DNA from: an uncultured Gammaproteobacteria bacterium
GTDB taxonomy: Bacteria; Pseudomonadota; Gammaproteobacteria; Steroidobacterales; XN24
DNA length: 64,000 nt
Assembly (NCBI GenBank): GCA_937924335.1
Contig: CALDWW010000066.1
Location: 1,317-65,316, forward strand
Direction of reading: 5' to 3'
Shown: in pieces, positions 9,555-20,073 of the stretch
How the letters are laid out: each line of letters starts with the position of its first letter
How positions within the stretch are numbered: position 1 is the stretch's first letter
The notes under the pieces: generated by a model
The model's database searches: none
The model's input: the letters and a program-made list of their open reading frames with translations, nothing else
Told to the model about the DNA's origin: nothing
Translations under genes and position numbers: made by a program

Positions 9555-10424
9555 ATGTTCGACAAAAGCGTGGCGATGCGCCTGATCGCCGTGACGCTGC
9601 TGGTCGCTCTGGCGGGATGCTCGTCCAAACGCGGCGGTGTCGATCCGTCCGACGATGCCTACAAGATCTACCGCAAAGGCGAAAAGTCGATGCAGTCGGG
9701 CAACTATGGGACCGCCATAGGCCAGTACGAATATCTTCAGGCCGTCTATCCGTTCAGCGAGTACGCCAAACAGGCCCAGCTGGATCTGATGTATGCCTAC
9801 TATCGCAGCAAGGAGCCGGATGCGGCCGTCGAGGCTGCGGACCAGTTCCTGCTCGAGAATCCCACTCATCCACGGGTCGACTACGCCCACTATCTCAAGG
9901 GTCTGGTCTACTTCGAGCGCGATCGTGGACCGATGGAGAAGCTGGTGCGGGTCGACCTGAGCAAGAGACCCCCGAACCGGCTGGAGGACTCATACCGCAA
10001 CTTCTCCATCGTCGCGACCCAGTATCCCGACAGCATCTACGCCCAGGACGCGCGCCAGAGGATGGTGTATCTGCGCAACCGGCTGGCGGAATACGAGATC
10101 CACGTGGCCAGCTACTATGTCCGCCGCGGGGCTTTCGTCGCCGCTTCCAGTCGCGCCAAATACGTGCTCGAGAACTTCCAGCAGACGCCCTCGGTCGTGC
10201 CGGCCCTGCAGATCATGGTCAGCGCTTACCGGCAGATGGGGCTGGAAGAGCTGGCGTCAGACTCCATGCGGGTGCTCGAGGAAAACTATCCGGACCGGGC
10301 AGTCGCCTACGGAGAGCGGGGGACCGAGGTGGACGGGACGCTGCTGGAACGACTCATTTTGCGCCGCAACCTGAAGTTCTGGGAGAAGAACAAGGACGAG
10401 GACCAGGACGCGGCCCGCCCGTGA
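9555..10424 (+). CDS. bamD: outer membrane protein assembly factor BamD (lipoprotein)
   Basis: Lipobox LLVALAGCSS and a TPR-like body (YEYLQAVYPFSEYAKQAQLDLMYAYY). It is divergent from rluD, as in E. coli. The start is uncertain: TTG 9543, ATG 9555 or ATG 9576. Confidence 0.9.
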   Translation: MFDKSVAMRLIAVTLLVALAGCSSKRGGVDPSDDAYKIYRKGEKSMQSGNYGTAIGQYEYLQAVYPFSEYAKQAQLDLMYAYYRSKEPDAAVEAADQFLLENPTHPRVDYAHYLKGLVYFERDRGPMEKLVRVDLSKRPPNRLEDSYRNFSIVATQYPDSIYAQDARQRMVYLRNRLAEYEIHVASYYVRRGAFVAASSRAKYVLENFQQTPSVVPALQIMVSAYRQMGLEELASDSMRVLEENYPDRAVAYGERGTEVDGTLLERLILRRNLKFWEKNKDEDQDAARP

Positions 10425-10450
10425 CCCTCATGGGCGCTTGGACGACGGCC

Positions 10451-12073
10451 CTAGTCCGCGTCGAAGCCTGAGGTGATCGGATAGCGCCAATCCCGCCCGA
10501 AGGCACGACGACTGACCCGGATCCCGGGAGGCGCCTGGCGGCGCTTGTACTCGTTGCGTTTGACCATCCCGAGCACGCGGCCGACCGTAGCGCGATCGAA
10601 TCCCGCCTCGACTATCTCATCGACCGAGCGGTCCTCCTCGATAAACGCGCGCAGAATCGGGTCTAAGATCTCGTAGGGCGGCAGTGAATCGGTGTCCTGC
10701 TGATCGGCACTGAGTTCCGCGGATGGCGGCCGTGTGATCGTGCGCTCGGGTATCACCGCGGACAGGGTATTGCGGTAATTTGCCAGCCGGAAAACCATGG
10801 TCTTGCTGCAGTCCTTGATCGGCGCGAAGCCTCCGGCCATGTCTCCATACAGGGTGGCATAGCCGACGGCCATCTCACTCTTGTTGCCAGTGGTCAGCAG
10901 CATGAGGCCGAGTTTGTTCGAGATCGCCATCAGGATGATCCCGCGACTGCGGGACTGGATGTTCTCCTCAGTGACATCCTCGGGTAACCCGGCGAACAGC
11001 CCCGACAGCGCTTCCTGGATGGAGGCAAAGATGGGCTCGATCGAGACAACGTCATAGCGCACGTCCAGCCGCCGGGCCATCTCCTCGGCGTCCTGAAGGC
11101 TGATGTCGGCGGTATAACGGGAAGGCATCATGACCGTTCTGACCCGGTCAGCGCCGAGGGCATCCACGGCGAGAGCCAGCGTCAACGCCGAGTCGATACC
11201 GCCGGACAGACCCAGCACGATGCCGGGGAAACGATGCTTGTTTACATAGTCGCGGATCCCCCGGACCAGAGCCTTGTAGACACTCGCATCGAGTTCCAGC
11301 AACGGCGCGATGTCTCCTGCTTTCACCGAGAGGCCGTCCGGCTGCCGCTCCAGTTCGATGCCGAGCAGGGTTTCCTCGAACGCAGGAGCCCGCACCCGAA
11401 TCTCACCGGATCCGTCCACCACCAGTGACCCGCCGTCGAAGACGAGCTCATCCTGACCACCCACCATGTTGCAGTAGACCAGGGGAACGCCGGTCTCCTG
11501 AGCACAACTGATCATCACGCGCTCGCGCCGGGCCTGGCTCTCGGTGTCGTACGGTGATCCGTTGATGATCAGGAGCACCTCGGCGCCTGCCGCCACTGCG
11601 GCACGCGAGGGCCCGGGCGCCCAGATATCCTCACAGATCAGCAGGCCACAACGGACTCCGCCGACCTCCGCGATCACGGTTTCTTCCCCGGACTCGAAAT
11701 AGCGCTGTTCGTCGAACACGCCGTAGTTGGGCAGCAGTTGCTTCCGATAGACGCTGGCGACACGGCCATCCCTGACCAGTGCAACGCTGTTGAATATGCT
11801 GTCCCCGACGTACTCGGGATAGCCGACGAGTACATCGATACCCGTGACCCGGGCCTGCAGGGATTCCAGCGCCGCCGCAACCTTGCGACGCATGTTGCCG
11901 TGGAACAGCAGGTCCTCGGGCGGGTAACCGCAGATGGCCAGCTCCGGCAGCATGATCAGGTCGGCGCCGTGCGTGTCGCGCGCCTCGGTGACGACGCCCA
12001 GGATGCGCTCGACGTTGCCGTCCACGTCTCCGACGACAGTATTGATCTGACCGACTGCGATCTTGAGTGGCAC
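10451..12073 (-). CDS. nadE: glutamine-dependent NAD+ synthetase
   Basis: N-terminal nitrilase-type domain (LKIAVGQIN..., LPELAICGYPPEDL, LLICEDIW) plus a C-terminal synthetase domain (GLSGGIDSA). The longest ORF (to 12232) would overlap sucD by 134 nt. The GTG at 12073 (MPLKIAVGQ) lies 25 nt after the sucD stop and is preferred. Confidence 0.9.
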   Translation of the reverse strand: MPLKIAVGQINTVVGDVDGNVERILGVVTEARDTHGADLIMLPELAICGYPPEDLLFHGNMRRKVAAALESLQARVTGIDVLVGYPEYVGDSIFNSVALVRDGRVASVYRKQLLPNYGVFDEQRYFESGEETVIAEVGGVRCGLLICEDIWAPGPSRAAVAAGAEVLLIINGSPYDTESQARRERVMISCAQETGVPLVYCNMVGGQDELVFDGGSLVVDGSGEIRVRAPAFEETLLGIELERQPDGLSVKAGDIAPLLELDASVYKALVRGIRDYVNKHRFPGIVLGLSGGIDSALTLALAVDALGADRVRTVMMPSRYTADISLQDAEEMARRLDVRYDVVSIEPIFASIQEALSGLFAGLPEDVTEENIQSRSRGIILMAISNKLGLMLLTTGNKSEMAVGYATLYGDMAGGFAPIKDCSKTMVFRLANYRNTLSAVIPERTITRPPSAELSADQQDTDSLPPYEILDPILRAFIEEDRSVDEIVEAGFDRATVGRVLGMVKRNEYKRRQAPPGIRVSRRAFGRDWRYPITSGFDAD

Positions 12074-12098
12074 GGGATCCGCCTGCGCCGCGCGTCCG

Positions 12099-12971
12099 TC
12101 AGCCGCCGAGCTGCCCGAGGATGGCTTCTCCGAGCTCGGCCGGAGATCGCACAGTCGCAACACCGGCGTCGTCCAGAGCTCTGAACTTCTCGTCGGCTGT
12201 GCCCTTGCCGCCAGCAATGATGGCGCCGGCATGCCCCATGCGCTTGCCCGGGGGCGCGGTCACGCCTGCGATGTACGCCACCACCGGTTTGGTCACATTG
12301 TCGGCGATGTATTCCGCAGCAGCCTCCTCGTCCGAACCGCCGATCTCGCCCACCATGACGACGCCGTCTGTCTCGTCATCCTGCTGGAAGAGTTCGAGGC
12401 AGTCGATGAACCCCATACCCCTGACCGGGTCGCCACCGATACCGATACAGGTGGACTGACCGAGACCGTTAGTCGTCGTCTGATACACCGCCTCGTAGGT
12501 CAGCGTCCCCGAACGGGACACGATGCCGACTCTGCCGGCCCTGTGGATGAAGCCTGGCATGATGCCGATTTTTGCCTGGTCCGGGGTGATGATCCCCGGG
12601 CAGTTCGGGCCAATCAACCGGCAGCTCCTTTCCTTCAGGACGGCCTTGACCCTGACCATGTCGAGCACCGGGATGCCTTCGGTGATGCACACGATGAGCC
12701 GTATGCCCGCATCCGCCGCTTCCAGTATGGCGTCTGCCGCAAAAGGGGCCGGCACATAGATCATGCTGGTATCCGCACCCGTCTCCTGCACAGCGTCGGC
12801 CACGGTATCGAACACCGGCCGGTCCAGGTGCCTCTCACCTCCCCGGCCCGGCGTGACTCCACCGACGACCTGGGTGCCATAGTCGATGCATTGTTCGGAA
12901 TGGAACGTCCCCTGCTGGCCGGTAAATCCCTGGCAGATGACTTTGGTGTCTCGGTTGGCGAGGATGCTCAT
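12099..12971 (-). CDS. sucD: succinyl-CoA ligase subunit alpha
   Basis: [27 protein letters not shown]..., [10 protein letters not shown] and RMGHAGAII (catalytic His). Confidence 0.97.
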   Translation of the reverse strand: MSILANRDTKVICQGFTGQQGTFHSEQCIDYGTQVVGGVTPGRGGERHLDRPVFDTVADAVQETGADTSMIYVPAPFAADAILEAADAGIRLIVCITEGIPVLDMVRVKAVLKERSCRLIGPNCPGIITPDQAKIGIMPGFIHRAGRVGIVSRSGTLTYEAVYQTTTNGLGQSTCIGIGGDPVRGMGFIDCLELFQQDDETDGVVMVGEIGGSDEEAAAEYIADNVTKPVVAYIAGVTAPPGKRMGHAGAIIAGGKGTADEKFRALDDAGVATVRSPAELGEAILGQLGG

Positions 12972-12986
12972 GAGTCGTACTCCGGA

Positions 12987-14141
12987 TCAGGCAGCGACCG
13001 CTTTGCGGGCGGCATCGGTCAGGTCATCTGCGGCGATGATGTCGAGGCCGCTTCCGGCCAGCAGCGCGCGGCCCTTGTCGACGTTGGTGCCCTCGAGCCG
13101 GGCAATCACAGGCACATTCACGCCAACTTCCTTGACCGCTTTGATGATGCCCTCGGCGATCAGGTCGCAGCGTACGATGCCACCGAATATGTTGACCAGG
13201 ATCGCTCTCACTCCCTCGTTCGACAGGATCAGCTTGAAGGCCTCTGCGACTCTCTCGGCGGTTGCGCCACCGCCGACGTCCAGGAAATTGGCCGGTTCCC
13301 CGCCATGCAGCTTGATCAGGTCCATGGTGGCCATCGCCAGACCGGCGCCATTGACCATGCAGGCGATGTCCCCGTCAAGTGAAACGTAGTTCAGCCCATG
13401 GGCGCTGGCTTCGTTTTCCCTCTCGTCCTCCTGGCTCGGATCGCGCCACTCCAGAAGCGTCTTTTGGCGGAACAGGGCGTTCGCCTCCACATTGACCTTG
13501 GCATCCAGGGCGACGATCCGACCGTCATCCGTCACGATCAGCGGGTTGATCTCCACCAGGCTTGCGTCGCTCTCAAGAAACAGGCGATACAGATTGGTCA
13601 CGATCCCGCCGAATTGCTTGAGCTGGTCTTTGTCGAGGCCCAGCCCGAAACCGAGCTGGCGAGCCTGGTAGGGCTGCAGGCCTGCGGCAGGATGCACGGC
13701 GACCGAGAAGATCTTGTCCGGTTCCGTGGCAGCGACCTCTTCAATGTCCATCCCGCCCGCGGCGGACGCCATGAACACGACTTTCTCCTGACCACGGTCT
13801 ACCAACAGACTCAGATACAACTCTCTGTCGATCCGGGAGCCGGTCTCGACCAGTACCTGATGCACGGGCAGGCCTTCCGGCCCGGTCTGGTGGGTCACCA
13901 ACTGGCTACCGATCATCGCCGCGGCCGCTTCGCGCGCCTCCGCCGGGCTCTTGACCAGCTTTACTCCCCCGCCCTTGCCACGGCCGCCCGCGTGGACCTG
14001 GGCCTTGACCACCCACAGGTCGCCTCCAAGCTCGCGCGCGGCGACCTCCGCAGCCTCCGCGCTCGCGGCCGCAATGCCTCGCGGCACGGGGATGCCAAAT
14101 TTCTCGAACAGTTGTTTCGACTGGAATTCGTGCAGATTCAT
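12987..14141 (-). CDS. sucC: succinyl-CoA ligase subunit beta
   Basis: [20 protein letters not shown]..., [18 protein letters not shown] and [10 protein letters not shown]. Confidence 0.97.
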   Translation of the reverse strand: MNLHEFQSKQLFEKFGIPVPRGIAAASAEAAEVAARELGGDLWVVKAQVHAGGRGKGGGVKLVKSPAEAREAAAAMIGSQLVTHQTGPEGLPVHQVLVETGSRIDRELYLSLLVDRGQEKVVFMASAAGGMDIEEVAATEPDKIFSVAVHPAAGLQPYQARQLGFGLGLDKDQLKQFGGIVTNLYRLFLESDASLVEINPLIVTDDGRIVALDAKVNVEANALFRQKTLLEWRDPSQEDERENEASAHGLNYVSLDGDIACMVNGAGLAMATMDLIKLHGGEPANFLDVGGGATAERVAEAFKLILSNEGVRAILVNIFGGIVRCDLIAEGIIKAVKEVGVNVPVIARLEGTNVDKGRALLAGSGLDIIAADDLTDAARKAVAA

Positions 14142-14352
14142 GCAGCACCCGAAGGAAAGTTGTTGGTCGGTTCTTGTAGGCCGTTTTCGGCGCGCCCGAC
14201 GCTCTCACCGGCTGACCTGAGCCGGGCGCGAGGGGATGCGGAAACAGGGCGGGTATTCTGGATCAAACATGCATAAGAGGCAAAAGTGCTTGCCGGTTTC
14301 ATGACTGCTCTTAGAATGATTGGCATCGTCGCCGATCCAGCCCTCCGGAGTA

Positions 14353-16014
14353 ATGCCCCAGATCATGTCTCGCCGCACACCGGACAGCCTCCTGCAAGCT
14401 GACGACAACGTCGCACCTGATTTCGCCTGGCGGGTACTCCGCCTGGTCAATATTTTCCGCACGCTCGTCGCGGTATTCCTGCTCGCGATGTTCCTGGTCG
14501 CGGACGAGCCGAGGCTGATCGGCGACGCCAACCCGGACCTGTTCTTCGCCGCTGCTCTCGGTTACTTCGTTTTCGGCGCACTGAACGACTTCGCGGTCGC
14601 GCAGCGCTGGCCGTCGCTGGCGCTACAGAGCCTGGCGCAGGTGATCTGCGACATCGCGGGCATCATGCTGCTGGTGCATGCCAGCGGCGGGCTGGACAGC
14701 GGGCTCGGCAACCTGTTGATCGTAAGCGTGGGCGCCATCGCTCTCATATGGTCACGCCGCAGGGCAGTCTTCTTCGGCTCACTGGCGGCCATCGGCGTGC
14801 TGTTCGAGCAATATCTGAACGTCCTCCAGGGGACCGCCTCTGTCGCCGATTCGACGCCGGCCGGCCTGCTAGGCGGCATCCTTCTTTTTGTTTCTTATGC
14901 GGCCTACCCGTTGACCCGCCGGATGCAGGAGAGCGAAGCGCTCGCCCGACAGCGCGGAATCGACCTGGCCAACCTCTCGCAGCTCAACGACTACATCATC
15001 CAGAATCTGCGCGAGAGTATCGTCGTCGTGGACGGCGAGGACAGGATCCGGCTGATGAATGAGGCCGCCGCCAACTACCTGGGCACCGATCGCAATCGAC
15101 GGGGCACGCCTCTTAAAGACGTGTCGCCCCAGCTCATGGCGTGCGTCTCCGCCTGGCGCGGGGGTGGCGGGTACGACAACCAGGTGCCGACATCGATCCT
15201 GTCCGCCGACGGGGCTACCTACGTCAACCCCTATTTCGCGCCGATCGGGCGGGATGAGAACGGCGCCCTGCTGGTGTTTCTCGAAGATGCCTCGGCCCTG
15301 GCCGAGAAGGTGCAGCAATCGAAGCTGGCCGCCCTGGGACGCCTCTCCGCGAGTATCGCGCACGAGATCCGCAACCCGGTGGGCGCCATGAGCCACGCGG
15401 GGCAGTTGCTTGCTGAAAGCCCGGCACTGGGCGAAGAAGAGAGGAAGCTGACATCGATAATCGAAAACCACTCGCGACGCGTCAGCGCGATCATCGAGAA
15501 CGTCCTGCAGCTCTCGCGGCGCGATTCGACCAGCCCCAAGCGTCTCGACCTGGCGGAATGGACTGATCATTTCCATGATGAGTTCATGGCGACACGGCAA
15601 CTATCGGGTGACAGCCTGGTGACGCTGGCCACGTCGTCACAGGTCGAGGTTCATATGGATCCCAGCCATCTGCATCAGGTGGTCTGGAACCTGTGTGAAA
15701 ACGCTCTGCGATATGCCGATCCGGAGACCTGTCACTCTCCGGTCGAGCTGGTTGTCGGCCGGCGACCGGCCAATAATCGCCCGTTTCTGGAGGTCCGGGA
15801 CCGGGGCCCCGGAATACCCGGAGAGATTCGGGGCCGGGTATTCGAGCCTTTCTTCCGGGCCGACGAAACAGACAGGTCCGGCACCGGATTGGGCCTTTTC
15901 ATCTGCAGGGAGCTGTGCGAGTGCAACCGCGCGGCCCTGGTATACGAGCCGCGCGGTGGCGGTGGCAGCATATTCCGTATCATCTTCTCTGACCCCTCGC
16001 GCTGGGAGCGCTGA
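14353..16014 (+). CDS. pilS: type IV pilus sensor histidine kinase PilS
   Basis: Multi-TM N-terminus, H-box SASIAHEIRNPVGAM, N/G boxes (NLCENALRY, GTGLGL), and a position immediately upstream of pilR. The start is uncertain: TTG 14320, ATG 14353 or ATG 14365. Confidence 0.85.
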   Translation: MPQIMSRRTPDSLLQADDNVAPDFAWRVLRLVNIFRTLVAVFLLAMFLVADEPRLIGDANPDLFFAAALGYFVFGALNDFAVAQRWPSLALQSLAQVICDIAGIMLLVHASGGLDSGLGNLLIVSVGAIALIWSRRRAVFFGSLAAIGVLFEQYLNVLQGTASVADSTPAGLLGGILLFVSYAAYPLTRRMQESEALARQRGIDLANLSQLNDYIIQNLRESIVVVDGEDRIRLMNEAAANYLGTDRNRRGTPLKDVSPQLMACVSAWRGGGGYDNQVPTSILSADGATYVNPYFAPIGRDENGALLVFLEDASALAEKVQQSKLAALGRLSASIAHEIRNPVGAMSHAGQLLAESPALGEEERKLTSIIENHSRRVSAIIENVLQLSRRDSTSPKRLDLAEWTDHFHDEFMATRQLSGDSLVTLATSSQVEVHMDPSHLHQVVWNLCENALRYADPETCHSPVELVVGRRPANNRPFLEVRDRGPGIPGEIRGRVFEPFFRADETDRSGTGLGLFICRELCECNRAALVYEPRGGGGSIFRIIFSDPSRWER

Positions 16015-16017
16015 TCC

Positions 16018-17358
16018 ATGGCGAAACCGATTGTCCTGGTCGTCGACGACGAACCTGATATCCGCGACCTGCTGTCGATGACCCTGGAGCGGATGGATCT
16101 GCTGGCCGAGACTGCGGCCGACCTGGGAGAAGCCCGGGACAAGTTGTCGGCCGGCGGCATCGACGTCTGCCTCACCGACATGAAGCTGCCGGACGGAGAC
16201 GGACTCGAACTGGTCGAATGGATCCAGGCCAAAGCCCCGGGCGTGCCTGTCGCCGTTATTACCGCGCACGGCAACGTGGAGCTGGCCGTGCGGGCGTTGA
16301 AGCTCGGCGCGTTCGACTTCGTCTCCAAGCCGGTCCGGATCGATGACATCCGCAAGATGGTGAAGAGCGCGCTGCGTATCGACGTAGACGCTGCGGTACC
16401 GAATCCCGCGGTGCAGGATCAACGCCTGATCGGCAAGTCCCGCGCAATGGACCAGGTCCGCAAGATGATCGCCAAGGTCGCCCGCAGCCAGGCACCGGTC
16501 TACATCTTCGGCGATTCCGGCACAGGAAAGGAGCTGGTGGCGCGCCTCATACACGATTCCGGACCGCGCGAAGCGGGACCGTTCGTGCCGGTCAATTGCG
16601 GCGCGATACCCACGGAATTGATGGAAAGCGAATTCTTCGGGCATCGGAAAGGCAGCTTCACCGGCGCGGTCGACGACAAGGAAGGGCTGATCCGCAGCGC
16701 GGAGGGAGGGACGCTGTTCCTGGACGAGATCGGCGATCTGCCCCTGCACATGCAGGTCAAGCTGCTGAGGGTCATACAGGAACGAGCGGTGAGGCCAGTT
16801 GGCGACACCCGCGAGGTCCCGGTCGATGTGCGTTTCCTGAGCGCCAGCCACAGGGATCTCGCGGCACTGGTGAACGAAGGGGAGTTTCGCGAGGACCTGT
16901 ACTACCGCATCAATGTAATCGACCTCCGCGTACCACCACTGCGGGAACGGGGTGAAGACGTGCTCATACTGGCGGAGCACATACTCGAGCGGCTCGCCGC
17001 GAGCATGAACATCGAGGTACCGCGGCTGACGGAAGACGCGCGGGCGCGCCTGCGGGAGCACGCCTACCCCGGCAACGTCAGGGAACTGGAGAACATCCTG
17101 GAGCGCTCACTGACCATGGCAGATGGCGGGCATATCGACGCCGATGACATCGAGATCCGGTCGGGTGGAGCAAGACCGACTCCCGCAGGTACGGAGGCGG
17201 GCGAGAGTGACCTGGGAGCTCAGCTCGAGGACGTGGAGCGGGACGCCATCGTGCAGGCGCTGGAGCAGACCCGATTCAACAAAACTGCCGCGGCCAAGCT
17301 GCTTGGCATCACCTTCCGACAGCTGCGCTACCGCATCAAGAAACTGGGTCTGGATTGA
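16018..17358 (+). CDS. pilR: sigma-54-dependent response regulator PilR
   Basis: Receiver domain (VLVVDDEPDIR ... TDMKLPDGDG), AAA+ core with GDSGTGKE and the ESEFFGHRKGSFTGA (GAFTGA-type) loop, and a C-terminal Fis-type HTH. Confidence 0.92.
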   Translation: MAKPIVLVVDDEPDIRDLLSMTLERMDLLAETAADLGEARDKLSAGGIDVCLTDMKLPDGDGLELVEWIQAKAPGVPVAVITAHGNVELAVRALKLGAFDFVSKPVRIDDIRKMVKSALRIDVDAAVPNPAVQDQRLIGKSRAMDQVRKMIAKVARSQAPVYIFGDSGTGKELVARLIHDSGPREAGPFVPVNCGAIPTELMESEFFGHRKGSFTGAVDDKEGLIRSAEGGTLFLDEIGDLPLHMQVKLLRVIQERAVRPVGDTREVPVDVRFLSASHRDLAALVNEGEFREDLYYRINVIDLRVPPLRERGEDVLILAEHILERLAASMNIEVPRLTEDARARLREHAYPGNVRELENILERSLTMADGGHIDADDIEIRSGGARPTPAGTEAGESDLGAQLEDVERDAIVQALEQTRFNKTAAAKLLGITFRQLRYRIKKLGLD

Positions 17359-17375
17359 GTGATGGCCCGGCGAAA

Positions 17376-17437
17376 GGTGACAGAAATTGTCAGTTTGTGA
17401 CGCCACCCATGACGAATTGACGGCCACCGGGGTCACG
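17376..17437 (+). promoter_or_regulatory. candidate PilR upstream activating sequence
   Basis: A cluster of TGTC/GACA-containing motifs lies 65-125 bp upstream of the sigma-54 promoter: a perfect palindrome TGACAgaaatTGTCA (17378..17392), then GTGAC, TGACG, TGACG and GTCAC. An AT-rich segment with the direct repeat GATATAT...GATATAT lies between this cluster and the promoter. Confidence 0.35.
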
Positions 17438-17499
17438 CCAGGCGATACCTCTTACAATCATCTGATATATTTTAGCTACTTACAGATATATCGCGAAGT

Positions 17500-17515
17500 T
17501 GGCACGGCCTTTGCT
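17500..17515 (+). promoter_or_regulatory. sigma-54 (-24/-12) promoter of pilA
   Basis: TGGCACggcctTTGCT matches the TGGCAC-N5-TTGC consensus essentially perfectly. It lies about 75 nt upstream of the pilA ATG and downstream of pilR. Confidence 0.8.
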
Positions 17516-17587
17516 TTACTTCCTGCACAGGCGATAAATCGCCGTAGTTAACGCGTCTACGACGCATTATTCGCAGGAGTGCTAGAA

Positions 17588-18028
17588 ATGAGAAAGCAAC
17601 AGGGTTTCACCCTTATCGAACTGATGATCGTGGTTGCGATCATCGGCATCCTGGCCGCGATCGCCATCCCGGCCTATCAGGATTACACAGTACGCTCGAA
17701 GGTGACGGAAGGTCTGAACGCGGCTGGCGCCGCCAAGACGTCTGTCGCTGACGCCTGGCTGAGCCTTGGCAGCTTCCCTGCCAACCAGACGGCCGCCGGC
17801 CTCGTGACTGCCACTGAGTATGCCTCGGACTACGTCGTATCGATGACGTATGCCCGAGTCAACAACTCGGCCGGCAACCTGACTGTTGTCCTTAACGGCA
17901 CCACCCTGGGTATCGGCAACAATTCCGACATCATCTTCCTGGGTGAGTCCACTAACGCCGGTAGCGTGACCTGGGACTGCACGGGTGGCTCCCTGCTGGA
18001 CAAGTACAAGCCTGCCAACTGCCGTTAA
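17588..18028 (+). CDS. pilA: type IVa major pilin
   Basis: [33 protein letters not shown]: a short leader, the G-F cleavage site and Glu5. A C-terminal Cys pair is present ([15 protein letters not shown]). AGGAG lies 8 nt upstream of the ATG at 17588. Confidence 0.92.
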   Translation: MRKQQGFTLIELMIVVAIIGILAAIAIPAYQDYTVRSKVTEGLNAAGAAKTSVADAWLSLGSFPANQTAAGLVTATEYASDYVVSMTYARVNNSAGNLTVVLNGTTLGIGNNSDIIFLGESTNAGSVTWDCTGGSLLDKYKPANCR

Positions 18029-18119
18029 TGACGGCCGCTCGAGAATGCTTGGGCAACGAACCGTCCGGGCGTGACGCCCGAGGGACCTCGGAGGCCTGAT
18101 CACTCGACAGCAAGACAAG

Positions 18120-18150
18120 GGCGCCGTCCACACGGACGGCGCCTTTTTTT
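18120..18150 (+). terminator. Rho-independent terminator after pilA
   Basis: GGCGCCGTCC-acac-GGACGGCGCC forms a perfect 10-bp GC-rich stem followed by TTTTTTT. Confidence 0.85.
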
Positions 18151-18311
18151 GACAAAATGTGCGCCTGTTCCATTTGAAACCAAGCCCGCGTGGGGTAGAC
18201 TCCGGGTCAGGCGACTTAGAACAACCGGCGCTTTACTCCCTCGTCTTTTCAATGACATAGGGATTTAAGCTCCGGAATTCGGTGAAGGAAAAGCATCCAG
18301 GATCAACTGCG

Positions 18312-20033
18312 ATGGTGGCTACGGTAACCGACATCAAGCTGCGTGGACTGCCGAGAAGGCTTGTTCAGGAGGGCGTCATCGAGGAGGGCGCTCTGCAGAC
18401 GGCGACGAGCGACGCCAAGAAGGAGAAGGTCTCCTTGGTGTCCTATCTGGTCAATCACCAGCTCGCGGACTCCAGGGACATTGCGCTCGCCGCATGCCAC
18501 GAATTCGGCGTCCCCATCATCGACCTTGACTGTCTGGACGTGGACCTCGAGTCCGTGCGCCTGGTGAACCAGGGCATCATCGAGAAACATCGGGTCCTGC
18601 CCCTCTTCACCCGCGGCAGAAAACTGTTTGTCGGTCTCTCGGACCCGACCAACCTGCAGGCCGTCGACGAAATCAAGTTCCAGACCAGCATGGCGGTCGA
18701 GGCCGTCGTGGTGGAGGACAACAAGCTCCAGGAGGCCGTCGAAAAGGCCCTGGAGGCAGTCGATACCACGTTCTCGTCGCTGGACGACGAGGATTTCGAT
18801 CTCGACAATCTCGAGGTCTCGAGCGACGACCTGGAGGATACAGAGGACATCACCAGGGCGGACGTCGAGGACGCGCCCGTCGTGCGCTTCGTCAACAAGG
18901 TCCTGCTTGACGCCATCAAGAAGGGCGCATCGGATATCCACTTCGAGCCCTACGAACACTCGTTCCGGGTCAGGACCCGGATGGACGGCGTGCTGAAGGA
19001 ACTGGCGAGGCCGCCGGTAGCCCTGTCCGCAAAGGTAGCCGCCCGCATCAAGGTCATGTCCAGACTGGACATCGCCGAGCGGCGTGTCCCGCAGGATGGC
19101 CGGATCAAGATGAAGCTGTCGAAGAACCGTGCCATCGATTTCCGCGTCAGCACCTGCCCGACGCTGTTTGGCGAGAAAATCGTCCTGCGTATTCTGGATC
19201 CCAGCAGTGCCAGGCTTGGTATCGACGTACTGGGCTACGAGGACTTCCAGAAAGAAATGTATCTCGAAGCCCTGGCCAAACCCTACGGGATGATCCTGGT
19301 CACGGGACCGACAGGCAGCGGCAAGACCGTCTCGCTCTACACCGGCCTGAATATTCTCAATACCGAAGACAGGAATATCTCCACCGCCGAGGACCCGGCG
19401 GAAATCAATATGCCGGGCGTCAACCAGGTCAATGTCCACCCGAAGGTCGGGCTGACGTTTGCATCGGCATTGCGCGCTTTTCTCCGCCAGGATCCGGACA
19501 TCATCATGGTCGGCGAGATCCGCGACCTCGAGACAGCCGAGATTGCGATCAAGGCCGCCCAGACCGGCCATCTAGTATTGTCCACGGTGCATACCAATGA
19601 CGCACCCAAGACGCTGACCAGGCTTGTCGATATGGGCGTGAAACCCTATGCGATCGCGTCGTCGGTCAGCCTGATCATCGCCCAGCGACTGGCCCGCAGG
19701 CTGTGTAACAACTGCAAGCAGCACAAGGACATTCCGGCTGACGCCCTGTTGAAGGAGGGCTTTGCTGAGGAAGAGATCGACGAGGGACTGAAAATCTTCG
19801 GGCCAGTCGGTTGCAACCAGTGTACCGATGGGTACAAGGGACGAGTCGGCGTCTACCAGGTCGTAAAGGTCAGCGAAGAGCTTGGACGAATCATCATGGA
19901 TGGCGGCAACGCCATTCAGCTCGCCGACCAGGCTGCCGCAGAGGGCGCGTGGGACCTGCGTCGCGCAGGTCTGCAGAAGGTTAAGGACGGCATCACCAGC
20001 CTGGAAGAAGTGAACCGGGTCACCGTTGATTAG
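18312..20033 (+). CDS. pilB: type IV pilus assembly ATPase PilB
   Basis: GspE-family features: Walker A GPTGSGKT, GEIRD, and the tetracysteine motif (CNNC...CNQC). The start is taken at the ATG at 18312 (MVATVTDIKLRGL) by analogy to PilB N-termini; the ORF track starts at GTG 18282. Confidence 0.95.
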   Translation: MVATVTDIKLRGLPRRLVQEGVIEEGALQTATSDAKKEKVSLVSYLVNHQLADSRDIALAACHEFGVPIIDLDCLDVDLESVRLVNQGIIEKHRVLPLFTRGRKLFVGLSDPTNLQAVDEIKFQTSMAVEAVVVEDNKLQEAVEKALEAVDTTFSSLDDEDFDLDNLEVSSDDLEDTEDITRADVEDAPVVRFVNKVLLDAIKKGASDIHFEPYEHSFRVRTRMDGVLKELARPPVALSAKVAARIKVMSRLDIAERRVPQDGRIKMKLSKNRAIDFRVSTCPTLFGEKIVLRILDPSSARLGIDVLGYEDFQKEMYLEALAKPYGMILVTGPTGSGKTVSLYTGLNILNTEDRNISTAEDPAEINMPGVNQVNVHPKVGLTFASALRAFLRQDPDIIMVGEIRDLETAEIAIKAAQTGHLVLSTVHTNDAPKTLTRLVDMGVKPYAIASSVSLIIAQRLARRLCNNCKQHKDIPADALLKEGFAEEEIDEGLKIFGPVGCNQCTDGYKGRVGVYQVVKVSEELGRIIMDGGNAIQLADQAAAEGAWDLRRAGLQKVKDGITSLEEVNRVTVD

Positions 20034-20073
20034 AGGCCTCATGCGGGTCTGAACAACTCAGGATGCGATAGGT

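Noticed and set aside
10451-12232. N-terminal 53-codon extension of the nadE ORF.
   Set aside because: It would overlap sucD by 134 nt and is P/S/A-rich with no homology. The conserved nitrilase domain begins at the GTG at 12073.
12063-13389. 439-aa and 167-aa plus-strand ORFs.
   Set aside because: They lie antisense to sucD and sucC.
15637-17061. 474-aa minus-strand ORF, and the 15732..16355 ORF.
   Set aside because: They lie antisense to pilS and pilR, which carry clear kinase and AAA+ motifs.
18303-19571. 422-aa minus-strand ORF.
   Set aside because: It lies antisense to pilB.
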